64,000 bases of DNA from Mobula hypostoma (lineage: Eukaryota). The first letter of the stretch is position 1; every line of letters begins with the position of its first letter. The translations under genes and the position numbers were made by a program. The notes beneath the pieces were generated by a model. The model ran no database searches, was not told where the DNA came from, and saw only the letters and a list, made by a program, of their open reading frames with translations. Below, piece by piece: positions 25,785 to 38,452 of the stretch. Location of the stretch: contig NC_086108.1 in assembly GCF_963921235.1 (NCBI RefSeq), positions 28,708,001-28,772,000 of the forward strand, written 5' to 3'.

Positions 25785-25922
25785 TTCATTCCCAAAGAAG
25801 GGTCTTGGCCTAAAACGTCAATTTTTATCCTTTTCCATAGGTGCTGCCTGACCTGAGTTCTTCCACATTTTGTGTGTGTTGCTTTGGATTTCCAGTATCT
25901 GCAGAATTTCTTGTGTTTGTGA
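25785..25922 (+). mobile_element. PLE terminal repeat remnant
   Basis: gaagggtcttggcctaaaacgtc..gctgcctgacctgagttc..ttccagtatctgcagaatttcttgtgttt. Confidence 0.7.
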
Positions 25923-26374
25923 TGAGAATCTAATGGCATTTGGCAATGACTGAATCAACAACTTCCCAAGGACAGAGCGAGGTTCATTGTGCAGCTTACA
26001 TCCGTTCCTTTCAGCAAAAGTGATCTCAACTAGTGTTCTGTGTGAACAAGTCCAATCCATTATAACTCTATTTGCACATAGGTTTGAGATACCCGACTTA
26101 TTCATGTCGACTATGGTGCCAACCAACCTGGGCCCATCTTACTCTGAACCTTTACTATTCACGTACTTATCCAAAAAGCTTTTAAATGTAGTTATTGTAC
26201 CGACCTCAACCACTTCCTCTGGCAGCATGCCCCATATATGTACTAATCTGTGTGTAAAGTTATCCCACAGATCCTTTTTAGATCTTTCATATCTCACCTT
26301 AAATGCATATCCTCTATTTTCGTAGTTCATTTCCTTGGAGAAAAAAAAGACTGTGTGCTTTAACCCTATCTAAT

Positions 26375-28643
26375 AGATGAGTGTGTCCCCACTAAATCAT
26401 TCAGAGTCTTCCCCAATCAGAAGCCCTGAATGAACTGTGAGATCTGAAGTTTGCTGAGGGCCAGATCAGAGGTATTCAAGTCTGGAGACCGAGAATGCTA
26501 CAAGAGGTGCAAGTATGATGGCCAGAAAGCCACCTCATGGACGAAGTGGAGATTCTAGACTAAACTTGAATCAACAAGAGGTGCTCGACAGCTGTGGTAG
26601 GGCTTGAATGCCATCATCTCCTACAAAGTTAAATCAAGCCACATAGGAGACAGAAGGGCTTCACTTCCAGATGAACTTAATGCCTTCAGGGCTCACTTTG
26701 ACTGTCAGAACATGGAGGAGCTATCGTAATCCCCAACATCTTCTAATGATCCTCAGCTCTCAGTGTCTGAAGCTGACATGTGGATTGCCTTCAGGAGGTT
26801 GAATCTACAGAAATCATCCAGACCAGATGGGGTACCTGGCCACGTACTAAAGACCTGTGCTGACCAAATGGTTGGTGTGTTATCTCTATATCTTTAACCT
26901 CTCACCGACAGTGTACGGTACTCACCTGCTTCAAGCAGGCTTCAATTATACCGATGTCCAAGAAGATCGCGGTGACCCACCTCAATATACTTACATCCAC
27001 AGTGATGAAGTACTTTGAGAGGTTGGTGATGAAACATAACAGCGATTCGGATCTGCTCCAATTTGCCTGCCGGAGCAACAGGTCCACAGTAGGTGCCATC
27101 TCACTGGCTCTTGGCTCAATCCTGAAACGTGGACAGTCAGGATGCGTACATCAGGATGCTCTTTATCAACTACAGCTCTGCATTTAATACCATCATCCCC
27201 TCAGAACTAATCAATAAGTGCCATGAGCTTGGCCTCAAAATCTCCTTGTGCAGTTTGATCCTGGATTTCCTCACCTGTAGGCCCCAGTCAGTTCAGATTG
27301 GCAACAACATCTCCTCTATGATCTCAATCAGAACAGGCGCACCACAGGGCTGTGTGCTTAACCTCCTGCTCTACTTAAGTTACATCTATGATTGTATAGC
27401 TAAGCAGAGTGCCAATGCCATATTAAGGTTTGCTGACGACGCCACTGTTGTGACCCGAATCAAAAGTGGTGATGAATCAGCATACAGGAGGGAGATTGAA
27501 AATTTGGCTGAGTGGTGTTATAACAACAACCTCTCACTCAATGTCAGCAAGACAAAGGAACTGATTATAGACCAGGAGAGAGAAACCAGAGGTCCATGAG
27601 CTGGTCCTGATCAGAGTATCAGCGGGGAAGAGGGTTAGCAACTGTAAATTCCCAAGTGTTACTCTTTCAGAAGATCTGTTCTGGATGCAGCACATAAGTG
27701 CAATTGTGAAGAAAGCACAACAGCACCTCTACTTCCTTAGGAGTCTGCGGAGATTCAGCATCTAAAACTTCGACAAACATCAATAGGTGTGTTGTGGAGA
27801 GTATATAGTGTGGGCACGTGGCCAAGTGGTTAAGGCATTGGACTAGCTACTTGAAGGTCGTGAGTTTGAGCCCCAGCCGAGGGAATGTGTTGTGTCCTTG
27901 AGCAAGGCACTTAATCACACATTGCTCTGCAACAACACTGGTGCCAAGCTATATGGGTCCCAATGCCCTTCCCTTGGACAACATTGGTGTTGTGGAGAGG
28001 GGAGACTTGCAGCATGGGCAATTGCTGGTCTTCTATACAACCTTTCCCAGGCCTGCGCCCTGGAGAGTGAAGACTTTCCAGGTGCAGATCCATGGTCTCG
28101 CAAGACTAGAGTATATAGACTGGCTGCATCACAGCCTGGTATGGAAGCACCAATGCCGTTGAACAGAAAGTCCTACAAAAGGTAGTGGATTTGGCCCAGC
28201 ACATCACAGGTAAAGCCCTCCCAACAATTGAACACATCTACATGAAATGCTGTCATAGGAAAGTAGCATCCATCAGCGGAGATCCCCACCAAACAGAACA
28301 TGCTCCCTTTTCTCTGCTGCAATCAGGTAAAAGATACAAGAGCCTCATGACTCGCACCACCAAGTTCAAGAACAGTTACCATTCAACCTTGAGGTTCTTG
28401 AACAAAAGGGGATAACTACACTACCCTGTCCTTTACCTCAGGTTCTAGTTATTTACTGCTGTTTATTTATATTTGCATTTGCAGAGTTTGTCGTCTTCTG
28501 CACTCTAGCTGATATTTCATTGATACTGTTATACTTACTATTCTATAAATTTGCTGAGTATGCCCACAGGAAAATGAATCTGAGGGTTGAGTAAGGTGAC
28601 ATCTATGTACTTTGATAATAAAATTTATTTTGAATTTTGAACT
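26375..28643 (+). mobile_element. Rex1/Babar-like LINE, about 2 kb, 5'-truncated, many stops
   Basis: [71 protein letters not shown]; tail tttgaattttgaact. Confidence 0.92.
27809..28107 (+). mobile_element. tRNA-derived SINE with CORE-like domain and RTE-like tail, 11-bp TSD
   Basis: A box tggccaagtgg, B box gagtttgagcc, CORE-like gtgtccttgagcaaggcacttaa. TSD agagtatatag at 27798-27808 and 28108-28118. Confidence 0.85.
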
Positions 28644-28962
28644 TAATACCCTCATGAGTTTATACACCTATATAAGATCACCCCTCAGTCTCCTACATTC
28701 CAAAGAATAAAGTCCTCGCCTGCCCAACTTCTCCATATAACTCGGGCCCTTGAGTCCTAGTAGTATCCTTGCAAATCTTCTCTACATTCTTTCCACTTTA
28801 ATGATATTTTCAATGATGGATTGAAATCCATATCATTCACCAACTTGAGCTATGAGCGCTGTTGAAGATCAGATTAACTCGCCGAGATAAATGAGTCCTC
28901 CTGCAGCTTAAAACCAGATTTCTTGTTCTTGATAATAAGCTGATTTGCTCGTGTCTCAATTT

Positions 28963-31650
28963 AAGACCGTAAGACAAGGGAACAGAATTAGGCCATGCGA
29001 CCCATTGAATCTGCTGCTCTGCTACATTATGGCTGATTATATTATTCCTCTTACCCCATTCTTCTGCCTTCTCCCGTAATCTTTGATGTCCTGATTAATC
29101 AAGAACTTAACAACCGCTCCTCATATGTTAACCCTTTCATTCCAGGATCATTGTGAACCTTGTCTGGACCCTCTCCAAAGCCAATATATCTTCTCTTAAA
29201 TAAGAGGCTCAAAACTACTCACAATACTCCAAGTGCAGTCTGACCAATGCCTTATACTGCTTCAGCATCACATCCTTGCTTTTGTATTCCAGTCCTCTTA
29301 AAATGAATGTTAGCATTGCAATTGGCTTCATTATCACCGACTCAACCTGCAAGGTAACTTTGAGGAAGTCCTGCACGAGGACTCCCAAGTCCCTTTGCAC
29401 TTCTGATTTTGATGTTTTTCTCCATTTAAAAAATAGTCAGCAACTTTATTCCTTCTACCAAAGTGCAGGACCATGCACTTCCCTGCACTGTATTCCAGAT
29501 GTCACTTCTTTGCCCTTGCTCTCAATCTGTCTAAGTCCTTTTGCAGACTCTCTGGTTCTTCAACATTACCTGCTTCTCCACTGATCTTCATATCATCTGC
29601 AAACTTGGCCATCAAGCCATCAATTCCTTCATCCAAATCATTGACATAACATGAAAAGAAGCAGTCCCAACACCAGCCCTTGCAGAACACCACTAGTCAC
29701 CGACAGTCAATCAGAAAAGTCTCCCTTTATTCCCACTCTTTTCCTCCAGCTAGTCAGCCAACCTTCCATCCATACTAATATCTTTGCTATAATATCATGG
29801 GTTCTTATTTTGTTAAGCAGCCTCATGTGCAGTACTTTGTTAAAGGCCTTCTGAAAATCCAAATAAACAACATCCACTGACTGTCCCTTGTCTATCCTAA
29901 TTTATTTCCTAAAAGAATTCCAACAGATTCATCAGGCAAGATTTCCCCTTAATGAAACCAAGCTGGCTTTGACCTATATTAGCACGTGCCTCTGTACTCT
30001 GAAACCTTGTCCTTAGTAATAGACTTCAATATCTTTCCAACCACTGAAGTTAGGCTAACTGGCCTATAATTTCCTTTATTCTGCCTCCTTGCCTTCTTAA
30101 ACGCTGGAGCGACATTTACAAATTTCCAGTCCTCTGGAACCATACTAGAAACTAATGATTCTTGAATGATCACTGGTAATGCCTCCAAAATCTCTTCAGC
30201 TACCTCTTTCAGAATCCTGTGGTGTAGTTCAACTGGCCCAGGTGACATCTACCTTCAAACCTTTCAGCTTCTGCTTAGTAATAGCAACAGCACTCACCTC
30301 TTCCCTCTGACACTCATGAATTTCTGGCATCCCGCTGGTGTCTTCCTCAGTGAAGACTGATGCAAAATACTTATTAAGCTCATCTGCAATTTCTTTGTCC
30401 CCCATTACTACCTCTCCAGCAGTCTGACATCCACTGTCATGTCTCTTTTACTCTATATATCTGAAAAAAAACCTTTTGTATTCACTTTTATATTATTGGC
30501 TAGCTTACCTTCCTATATCATCTTTTCTCTCTTTATGGCTTTTCTAGTTACCTTCTGTTGGTTTTTAAAAACTTCCCAATCCTCTACCTTCCCATTATAG
30601 CCTTTGCTATATTATATGCCCTCTCTTTTGCTTGTATGCTGTCTTTGACTTCCCTTGTCAGTCACGGTTGCCTCATCCTCCCTTTAGAAAACTTCTTCAA
30701 CCTTGGGTTCCACACCTTCCTAATTACTCCCAGAAACTCCAGCCTTTGCTGTACTGCATCATCCATGCTCGTGTCCCCTTCTGATCAACTTTGGCAAGTT
30801 CCTCTCTCATGTCTCTATTATTCCCTTTAGTTCACTGTAATAGTGATACATCAGATTTTAGCTTCTCCTTCTTAAACTGCAGGGTGAATGCTATATTCTG
30901 ATCACTGCATTCTAAGAGTCTTTTACTTTAAGCTCCCTAATCAAATTGGGGTCATTACACAATTACCAATCCAGAATTGCCTTTTGCCTAGTGGACTCAA
31001 CCACAAGCTGCTCTAAAAAGCTATCTTGCAGGCATTCTACAAATTTCCTCTCTTGGGATCTAGCACCAACCAAATTTTCCCAATCTACCTGCATATTGAA
31101 AACCCCCATGATGATCATAACATTGGCCTTTCTACATGCCTTTTCAATCTCCTGTTGTCAACTGTAGCTCAAATCCTGGCTACTATTCAGATGCCTGTAT
31201 AAATCCCATCAGTCTTTTTTCCCTTGCATTTCCTTAACTCTACCCACAAAGATTCTACATCTTCCAATCTTATGTCTTCTCTTTCTAAGGATTTGACTTC
31301 ATTTCTACCAACAGAGCCACCCTATCCCCTCTGCTCCCAACTATAATCTCCTTTCAGCCACGAGTTAGCGATGTCCACATCATCATTCCTGCCTCTCTCC
31401 AACTGCACTACAAGATCATTCCCTATACTGTGTGCATTCAAATATAACACCTTCATTCTTGTATTCATCACCCTTTGCCATTTGGCCACCAGCTGTTACA
31501 CTTCAACATCCCACTGACTCTAATTTTGCCCTATCATCTGCCTGCCCTTCCTCACAGTCTCACTACACACTGCATCTACTTGGATTCCAACTGCCCCACC
31601 CTCAACCCTATCACTTCAGTTCCCATCCTGCTAACTCTCTTTCATAATGG
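28963..31650 (-). mobile_element. CR1 LINE (second subfamily), decayed ORF2 with internal deletions
   Basis: QRDLGVLV..LVRLHLEYC, AKFADDMK, SPGPVELHHRILKEVAEEI..GNYRPVSLTSVVGKILKSI; tail (taagac)n at about 28963-28976. Confidence 0.9.
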
Positions 31651-32322
31651 CACCAGTTGATTGCTGGCAAACTTCAGCAATATATGCATTTTTTTTTACA
31701 TCAAGAATGGAATACCAGGAGTGGGATTTGAACCTGTGGTTGCAGTGGAGACTTCAACTTGAACACATGCCTCCGATGAATAGAGGATTGTGCTGTCTAA
31801 TTTACCGAGAGGATTGTGTCAGATTAAAAATGTGCAATTGAATTGCAAACAAAATTGGAAGCAAACAGGTGAATGTATCATGAAACAAAAAAAAAAAATG
31901 ACGTTATAGGGATCAATCTCAAGGGTAAAGACCTCAAACCAGAAAATGTAAGTTTACCTGCACTGCATTTTCTCTGTAGCTATTCCGCTTTATTCTGAAT
32001 TGTCATCTTTTTACCTCAATGTAGTATAAAAATCTGATCTATATGAACTGTGTGCAAGATGAGCTTTTCACTGCATCTCGGTACCTGTGACAATAATAAG
32101 TCAATAATGTAAACTCATGGACAGAAACCTCTCCCAAGACTGAGAGATGAAAAATATAGGCAGTAAAAGAAAACTGAATGACTGACAATAATGAATATCT
32201 GAAGGACTAAGATGTCAAAATTACAAAGATAAATTTAAGCCTACAAGATACTGCTTGACTGTAATTAAGACTCACTGCATCAACAAAACTTGCAGCTGCA
32301 TTTAATGGATAAGCATCCTAAC

Positions 32323-32612
32323 TACACACACAAACTGTGAGATTAGTCCAGCAAGTCAGGCAGCATCTATGGAAAAGAATGAACAGTCAATATTTCAGGT
32401 GATACTTTTCTTGAGGACTGGAAAGGAAGGAGGAAGATGCCAGAATAAAAACTTGGGAGGGGAGGGCAGATAGAAGAGGAGAGTGCACGATAGGAGAAAG
32501 AGTAAGAGGAGGGGACCCAGGGGAAGGTGATAGGCACGGAGGAGGTAAGAGGCCAGAGAGGGGAATAGAAGAAAAGGGGAAATTGATATTCGTGCCATCA
32601 GGTTGGAGGCTA
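32323..32612 (-). mobile_element. PLE remnant
   Basis: gtcaggcagcatctatggaaaag..gtgccatcaggttggaggcta, homologous to 3590-3990. Confidence 0.7.
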
Positions 32613-33257
32613 TGTTTTCATGTGTTCTCACACCAAATTTGTGTATCATGTGCAGTAGAGTACAACTTTCTGTTTTCCTCTGTTAGCTGCACACGTGCCA
32701 GTGCTGGATGTTGTTGATTTACTCCTGAATAACGTTACACTTTCAGAACCTCCTTGACACTTCCTCAATAAAACCTGTGACTGCCATTCTCAGTCTATGT
32801 GCAGGTTGAAAGTGTAGTGTGGTAAAGTTTAGTTTTAGGCAAGAGGCAGGAACTTTCCCTGCAGAAAACAGGCAAACGAATCGGTAGGAAGCAACCCTGA
32901 TTAGAAACTAATACTACGGTCAGAACAAATCTAAATGTTCACTTAAATTAATTTCAGAATAAGTTTTGCAATGTGAGTTTCATCTTTCAGATCACAATAG
33001 AACTCTGGGCTAAATTGCAGTTTTTTTCAGGTTATAAATGCAATCATTACAGCTAAGTAAGACAGTAAGATTATTTTCCAATGCTCTGTTTCATCAAAGT
33101 TTAAACAGTGCTGTTCCCAAAGTGGAGGTACCTTTTCAAGGTGCGTCCATTCACGGGAAAAATGAGTCAATCAACTCCAAAGAATGGATGTGGGGAATGG
33201 AATGTTTGGCCTCCTTGCTCGACAAATAGAAATAAAAACTAAATCAAAAATCATATG

Positions 33258-33324
33258 TAGTACTATGTAATAGTCTTAGGCACAAATATATAGCTAGGGT
33301 GCCTAAGACTTTTGCACAGCACTG
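33258..33324. mobile_element. Tc1/mariner-derived miniature inverted-repeat element (about 67 bp)
   Basis: 26-bp TIRs tagtactatgtaatagtcttaggcac (33258-33283) and gtgcctaagacttttgcacagcactg (33299-33324), 21/26 complementary; CAGT-type end followed by TA. Confidence 0.7.
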
Positions 33325-35084
33325 TATTTGTCAGCATGGAGTGGAGAGGGAGTTCGTAAATCTGGTGGGAGCAAAGGATGTTGGGAACGTTGAGGGCGGA
33401 GCCCAACGGAAGGGGTGTAGGACAGGTGGCAGAGAAGGAATGCCAGGGGTGGGGGCATGGCGTGGCTGGAGTCGTACCCAGCCCTGAGATACCAGGAAAG
33501 GTCAGTTGATTCCAAACAATTGGTTTATTGATCATTACACAATGACTCTTTGGTACTTGCTGCATCTTCCCATCTCCCTTCCCCTCTCCCTGTCCCCTTC
33601 CTACTCTCAGTCCACAATAGAGACTCGTATCAGAATCAGTTTTATCATCACTCACATACCATGAAATTCTTACACTACCTGATAGCTATTCTTTTGCACT
33701 TCTGGCCAGATGCTAATTGCATTTCATTGGCTTTGTATCTGTACTCGGCACAATGACAAGAAAGTTGAATCTAATCTAATATAATCTAATAGCTAGTTCC
33801 TGGGTTAAATTACATGAACTAGAGGAGGTTGCAAAAATAAAAATAAGCGTCATCAGCCAGGAATCTTTTTATCACTGTATCCTAACGGAGCTGACTGTAA
33901 AAAGTGTGTTCACGTGTACACCGATTATTGGTAGGATACCTTCTGCAGTCAAATACCCAGCTGCAGTGGCAAATAGCTCCTTAGGTTGACATCTTAACAG
34001 GTTTGCTAGAGCTGAGAGAATTTTGGCCCAGCGATGGAGGGAGTAAACTGTGTTGGAAAAATAATAGTAAATATTGTGTTTATCTGATTCAGTCTTCATC
34101 CTGAGAGAAATTCTTCTCCCATGGAATTGAAGTGGCCTGGTTCATGTTTTGTGACTGCTGGATTTATCTCATGTCAGATATGTGTATGTTATTTTTTAAA
34201 TGACAGAATTGTATAATTTATTTATTTTAATACAAACCATTTCAAACATGTTAGGAGTTGATAATTCCATATTTCCACAGCCTAAAGCAAAATATGGCAG
34301 AGCAATTTATAATAGCATTGATTTACTGAAGGCATGATGCGTGAAGAATCAACGTGAACTTAAAGTTATCTACACTTAGCTGAGCGCTAGCAATCCAGTC
34401 ATCGTATATGCACATCTTCCATTCATCAAAAATGCAATTTTTTCCACACTCAAAAGTTGTTTATTTGGGCATGACATGTTTTGAAAGGCACGAACTGGTT
34501 GTACACCTGTGGCAGGAGCATCTTAAAAAATACAGTTATTTTGTAAGGTAATAATTGAATGAGATTAACACAGATATTGTACACAAGAGTAATGTCATTG
34601 AAATAAATTCATACTCCATTAGTGAAAGGAACATGCTGCATCCGTCACTGGTGTTACAGTTCTTTTTTATTGTAATATTTGGGGCTATAATGTCTAAATA
34701 ATTAATTTCTAGCATCTCAAAGGTTGTTTGCAAAACAGGATTTGATGAAGTTTACCTAACTGGCAGACGGTATGTCATTAGCTCTCCTCAATGAAAACAA
34801 GAATACACTTTACTAACCTGCTGTTGTTAAGTGAACAAATTCGTAAATCCACATTAACAACTGCTTCTGTATATCGTCTCTCTATCAACATAAAACTGCT
34901 TAACTTGTTATGTTTCCAACCCAATTAGTTCCAAATTGGAAGTAAACAGATTTGAACTATGGCGACCACAATCAGAAGAAGTGCAGAAAAGGCCTTTCGG
35001 CACAACTGGTCTATGATGGCCAAGGTTCCGATTTACCACAACACTCTAAATCTCCCCTATTTATGTACCTGCCCAAGTGCCTTC

Positions 35085-35790
35085 AAGCATCTGATGTGCA
35101 AAGGGATTAGGAGTCCTCATGCAGGATTCCTTAATTTGCAGGTTCAAGTTGGTAGTGTGGAAGGAAAATGCGATTTTAGCATTCATTTCAAGAGGACTAG
35201 AATATAAAAGTAAGGATGTAATGATGATGCTTCATCAGGCACTGGTGAAGTATTGTGAACAGTTTTCAACCCCTTATCTAGAAGGGATGTGCTAACATTG
35301 CAGAGGGTTCAAAGGAGGTTTAAGAAAATGGTTCTGGGATTGAAAGGCTTATTATCTGAGGAGCATTTGATGGCTCTGGGCCTGTACTCCCTGGAATTCA
35401 GAGAATGAAGGAGGACCTCATTGAAACCTATTGAATGTTGAGAGTCCTCGATAGGGTGAATGTGAAGATGATGTTTCCTAAGGTGTGGGACTCTAAGACC
35501 ATAGGATGCAGCCTCAGAATAGAGGGATGTCCATTGAGAATGGAGATAAGGAGGAATTTCTTTAGCCGGAGAGTGTTGAATCTGTGGAATTCATTGCCAC
35601 AGGTGACTATTAAGGCCAAGTCATTTGGCGTATTTAAAGCAGAGGTTGATAGATTCTTGATTACTCAGGGCATGAAGGGCTCCAGGAAGAGGGCAGGAGA
35701 CTGGGGCTGAGAGGGAAATGGATCTGCAATGATGACAATGTAGACTCGATGGGCCAAACGGCATAATTCTGCTACTATATCTTAGTGTCT
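35085..35790 (+). mobile_element. Decayed CR1 3' portion
   Basis: ORF 35435-35710 LDRVNVKMMFP..RRNFFSRRVLNLWNSLPQ..FKAEVDRFL. Confidence 0.85.
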
Positions 35791-35794
35791 TGTA

Positions 35795-36235
35795 AATGTT
35801 AAGAATGTATCTGCCTAAACTACTTCCTCAGGCAACTTATTCCATATATTGACAACTCTGGGTGGAAGAAGTTGCCTCAGGCTCTTATTAATTCTTTCCC
35901 TCTCACTTTAAAGCTATGCCCCAGCCCTGGGGAAAAAAGACTATGTACATTGACCCTCTCTATGCCCCTTGTGAATTCATGCATATCTGCACAAACACCT
36001 ATTCTCCTTCAATTACACTCCAGTAAAATCAGTCCCAACCTGTTCCACCGCTCTGCATAGCTCAACCCCTCAAGTCTCAGCAACATTCTCATAAATCTCC
36101 TCTGTACTGTTTCCAGCTTACTGGCATATTTTCTTTTGCAGGCCAGCAAAACTGGACACAATTCTCTAAATACGGCTGCATTAATGTCTTGTGCAATTAC
36201 AACACAACCTTGCAACCTCTATGCTCCATGCCCTC
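35795..36235 (-). mobile_element. Decayed CR1 3' portion
   Basis: ORF 36009-36215 KLETVQRRFMRMLLRLEGLSYAERWNRLGL. Confidence 0.75.
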
Positions 36236-36283
36236 CTCCTTCCGACCACATCCATCCAGTTAAAACACAGGTTCTACCTCCAC

Positions 36284-36474
36284 ACAGCACACACAAAATA
36301 CTGGTGGAACTCAGCAGGCCGGACGGCATCTATGGAAAAAATACAGCTGACGTCTTGACCCGAAAAGTCAACTGTACTTTTTTTCCATAGATACTACCTG
36401 GCCTGCTGAGTTCCTCCGGCATTTTATGTGTGTTGCTTGGATTTCCAACATCTGCAGATCTGTTTGTGATTTGA
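36284..36474. mobile_element. Fold-back mini-PLE with perfect 13-bp TSD
   Basis: TSD gttctacctccac at 36271-36283 and 36475-36487. Arms ggaactcagcaggcc..atctatggaaaaaa and ttttttccatagat..ggcctgctgagttcc are inverted. Confidence 0.85.
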
Positions 36475-37550
36475 GTTCTACCTCCACGTGCTTAACCCCC
36501 TCCCAAAAAATATCTGGTTCTATCACTTCTTCCCTTCTACTCTAAAGGTCTCCATTCTCATCTCTCTTTCCTTATCTGAATCTAGCTCTGTTAGTACATT
36601 CTGTTTCTGCTCATCTCCCTCCAGCAGATGTCATCTATCTTCACACTCCCTTCCCCCAACTTGCCCCATCTGTTGTTTTTCCTCTGTCTCCATCTATCAT
36701 TCACCTTCCACAATCTTACAACTCCACCCCTGTTCTTTTCCCCTACCCAGCAATACCGGCCTTTCATCTTACACTCCCACTCAGTCCACCAATTGCTTTG
36801 GAATGCTCCCCCCTCTATCTGCCGGCTGTCTCACCTCTCCACTCTGTCCTAAAGAAGGGTTCTTCACCCAAGACATCAACACTTTCTTTCCTCCCACTGA
36901 TGCTGCTCGACCCACTGAATTCTTCCAGCAGATTGTGTTGCTCTCGGTTCTAGCGTCTGCAAACTTTTGTGTCTCCATGCATAAAGCCCCTTAGCCAATG
37001 AAGTCCACGCTATCAATCACACATTTAAAATATTTTCCTTCCCACATTCCCAACAGCCACTCCCATATGCCCCCGCCCCACTCACTTACATACTTCACAG
37101 TGACCAATCAACCTTCCAACCCACATATTCACAAGGGCTGGAAATTGTGAGCAACATACACAAAAGTGTGGGAGGAACACAGCAGTCATTCCTATCAATT
37201 GACAAGGTTCTTCATCGACCCTCATTCTGTGGGGTTGTGGGAAGAATCAGAGAAAGATCACACAGTCACAGGTAGAGCATGCAAACTCCACATAAGCAGT
37301 TCTGGATGTCAGCATTGAACCTGGGTTGCCTCTTATTCCTGAAACAACTATATTTACTCTAGCTTACAATGAGAACATTTAAAGGACATGTGCACGTCGG
37401 CCAATCAATGAGCAAGAGGCACATCTGTTGGTTATAAACAGGAGCAGCTGCACATCTTCCAGGTTATAAATGGAAACAGGCATGTATATTTGATAGCAGG
37501 AACTGGTGTGTCGACTGTTACTTTATGTACAGTATAGCTCAGGTGGTTTA

Positions 37551-37990
37551 CATAGAAACATAGAAAACCTACAGCACAATACAGGCCCACAAAGTTGTGC
37601 CGAACATGTCCCTACCAGGCATACCCATAGCCCTCTATTTTTCTAAGCTCCACGTACCTGTCCAAAAGTCTCTTAAAAGACCCTATCGTATCCGCCTTCA
37701 CCACCGTTGCCGGCAGCCCATTACACGCACCCACTACTCTCTGCGTAAAAAACTTACCCCTGACATCTCTTCTATACCTACTCCCCAGCACCTTAAACCT
37801 GTGTCCTCTTGTGGCAACCATTTCAGCCCTGGGAAAAAGCCTCTGACTATCTACACGATCAATGCCTCTCATCATCTTATACACCTCCATCAGGTCACCT
37901 CTCATCCTCCGTTGCTCCAAGGAGAAAAGGCTGAGTTCACTCGACCTGTTTTCATAAGGCATGCTCCCCAATCCAGGCAACATCCTGGAA
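37551..37990 (-). mobile_element. CR1 3' end, 5'-truncated
   Basis: (acatagaa)n tail at 37549-37570; RMLPGLGSMPYENR..RGDLMEVYKMMRGIDRV. Confidence 0.93.
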
Positions 37991-38027
37991 ATAGTCACAT
38001 ACATCTTCTGACTTACGAGAGGAGGCA

Positions 38028-38452
38028 AGTCAAGTTTATTAGCATGTGTACAAGCATGATGAAGTAGATGGACAGACATCACACAGAATATAAATTATAC
38101 ATGACAGTGAAGAGAGAGAGATGTAAAAAACAGTGCAAATCAAAACTTTACTGACAAAATCAGAGACAAGACCATAGTGGTGCAAGAAGAGATCTGCTGT
38201 GTTCCATGAGTGAGGTAGGGTGAGGTTTGTACATATCAGTTCAATAACCTGATGGTTGTAGGAAAGTAACTTCCTGAATCTGGTGTGTGGGCCTTCAGGC
38301 TTCTGTACCTTCTGCCTGATGGTAGCACTGAGAAGAGGGCATGGCCCAGAAGGTAAGGATCATTGATGATAGTAGTTGCTAGCTTCCTGAGGCAGCACTT
38401 CCTTGCAGATGCTGTCGGTAGTGCTGGAGGGCTGTGCTCATGATGGAACAGA
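38028..38452 (-). mobile_element. Rex1-like LINE 3' end
   Basis: ORF 38236-38457 IINDPYLLGHALFSVLPSGRRYRSLKAHT..YFPTTIRLLN. Confidence 0.8.

Larger units (their letters stand above)
26045..28810 (-). mobile_element. Decayed CR1 3' end split by the Rex1-like element (pieces about 26045-26373 and 28645-28810)
   Basis: ORF 26139-26330 FTHRLVHIWGMLPEEVVEVGTITTFKSFLDKY; the sequence resumes collinearly at ccctcatgagtttatacacctatataagatcacccctc. Confidence 0.7.

Noticed and set aside
27809..27885. tRNA-like sequence
   Set aside because: It is the head of a SINE, continuing into SINE body and flanked by a TSD, not a tRNA gene. The same applies to the V-SINE heads.
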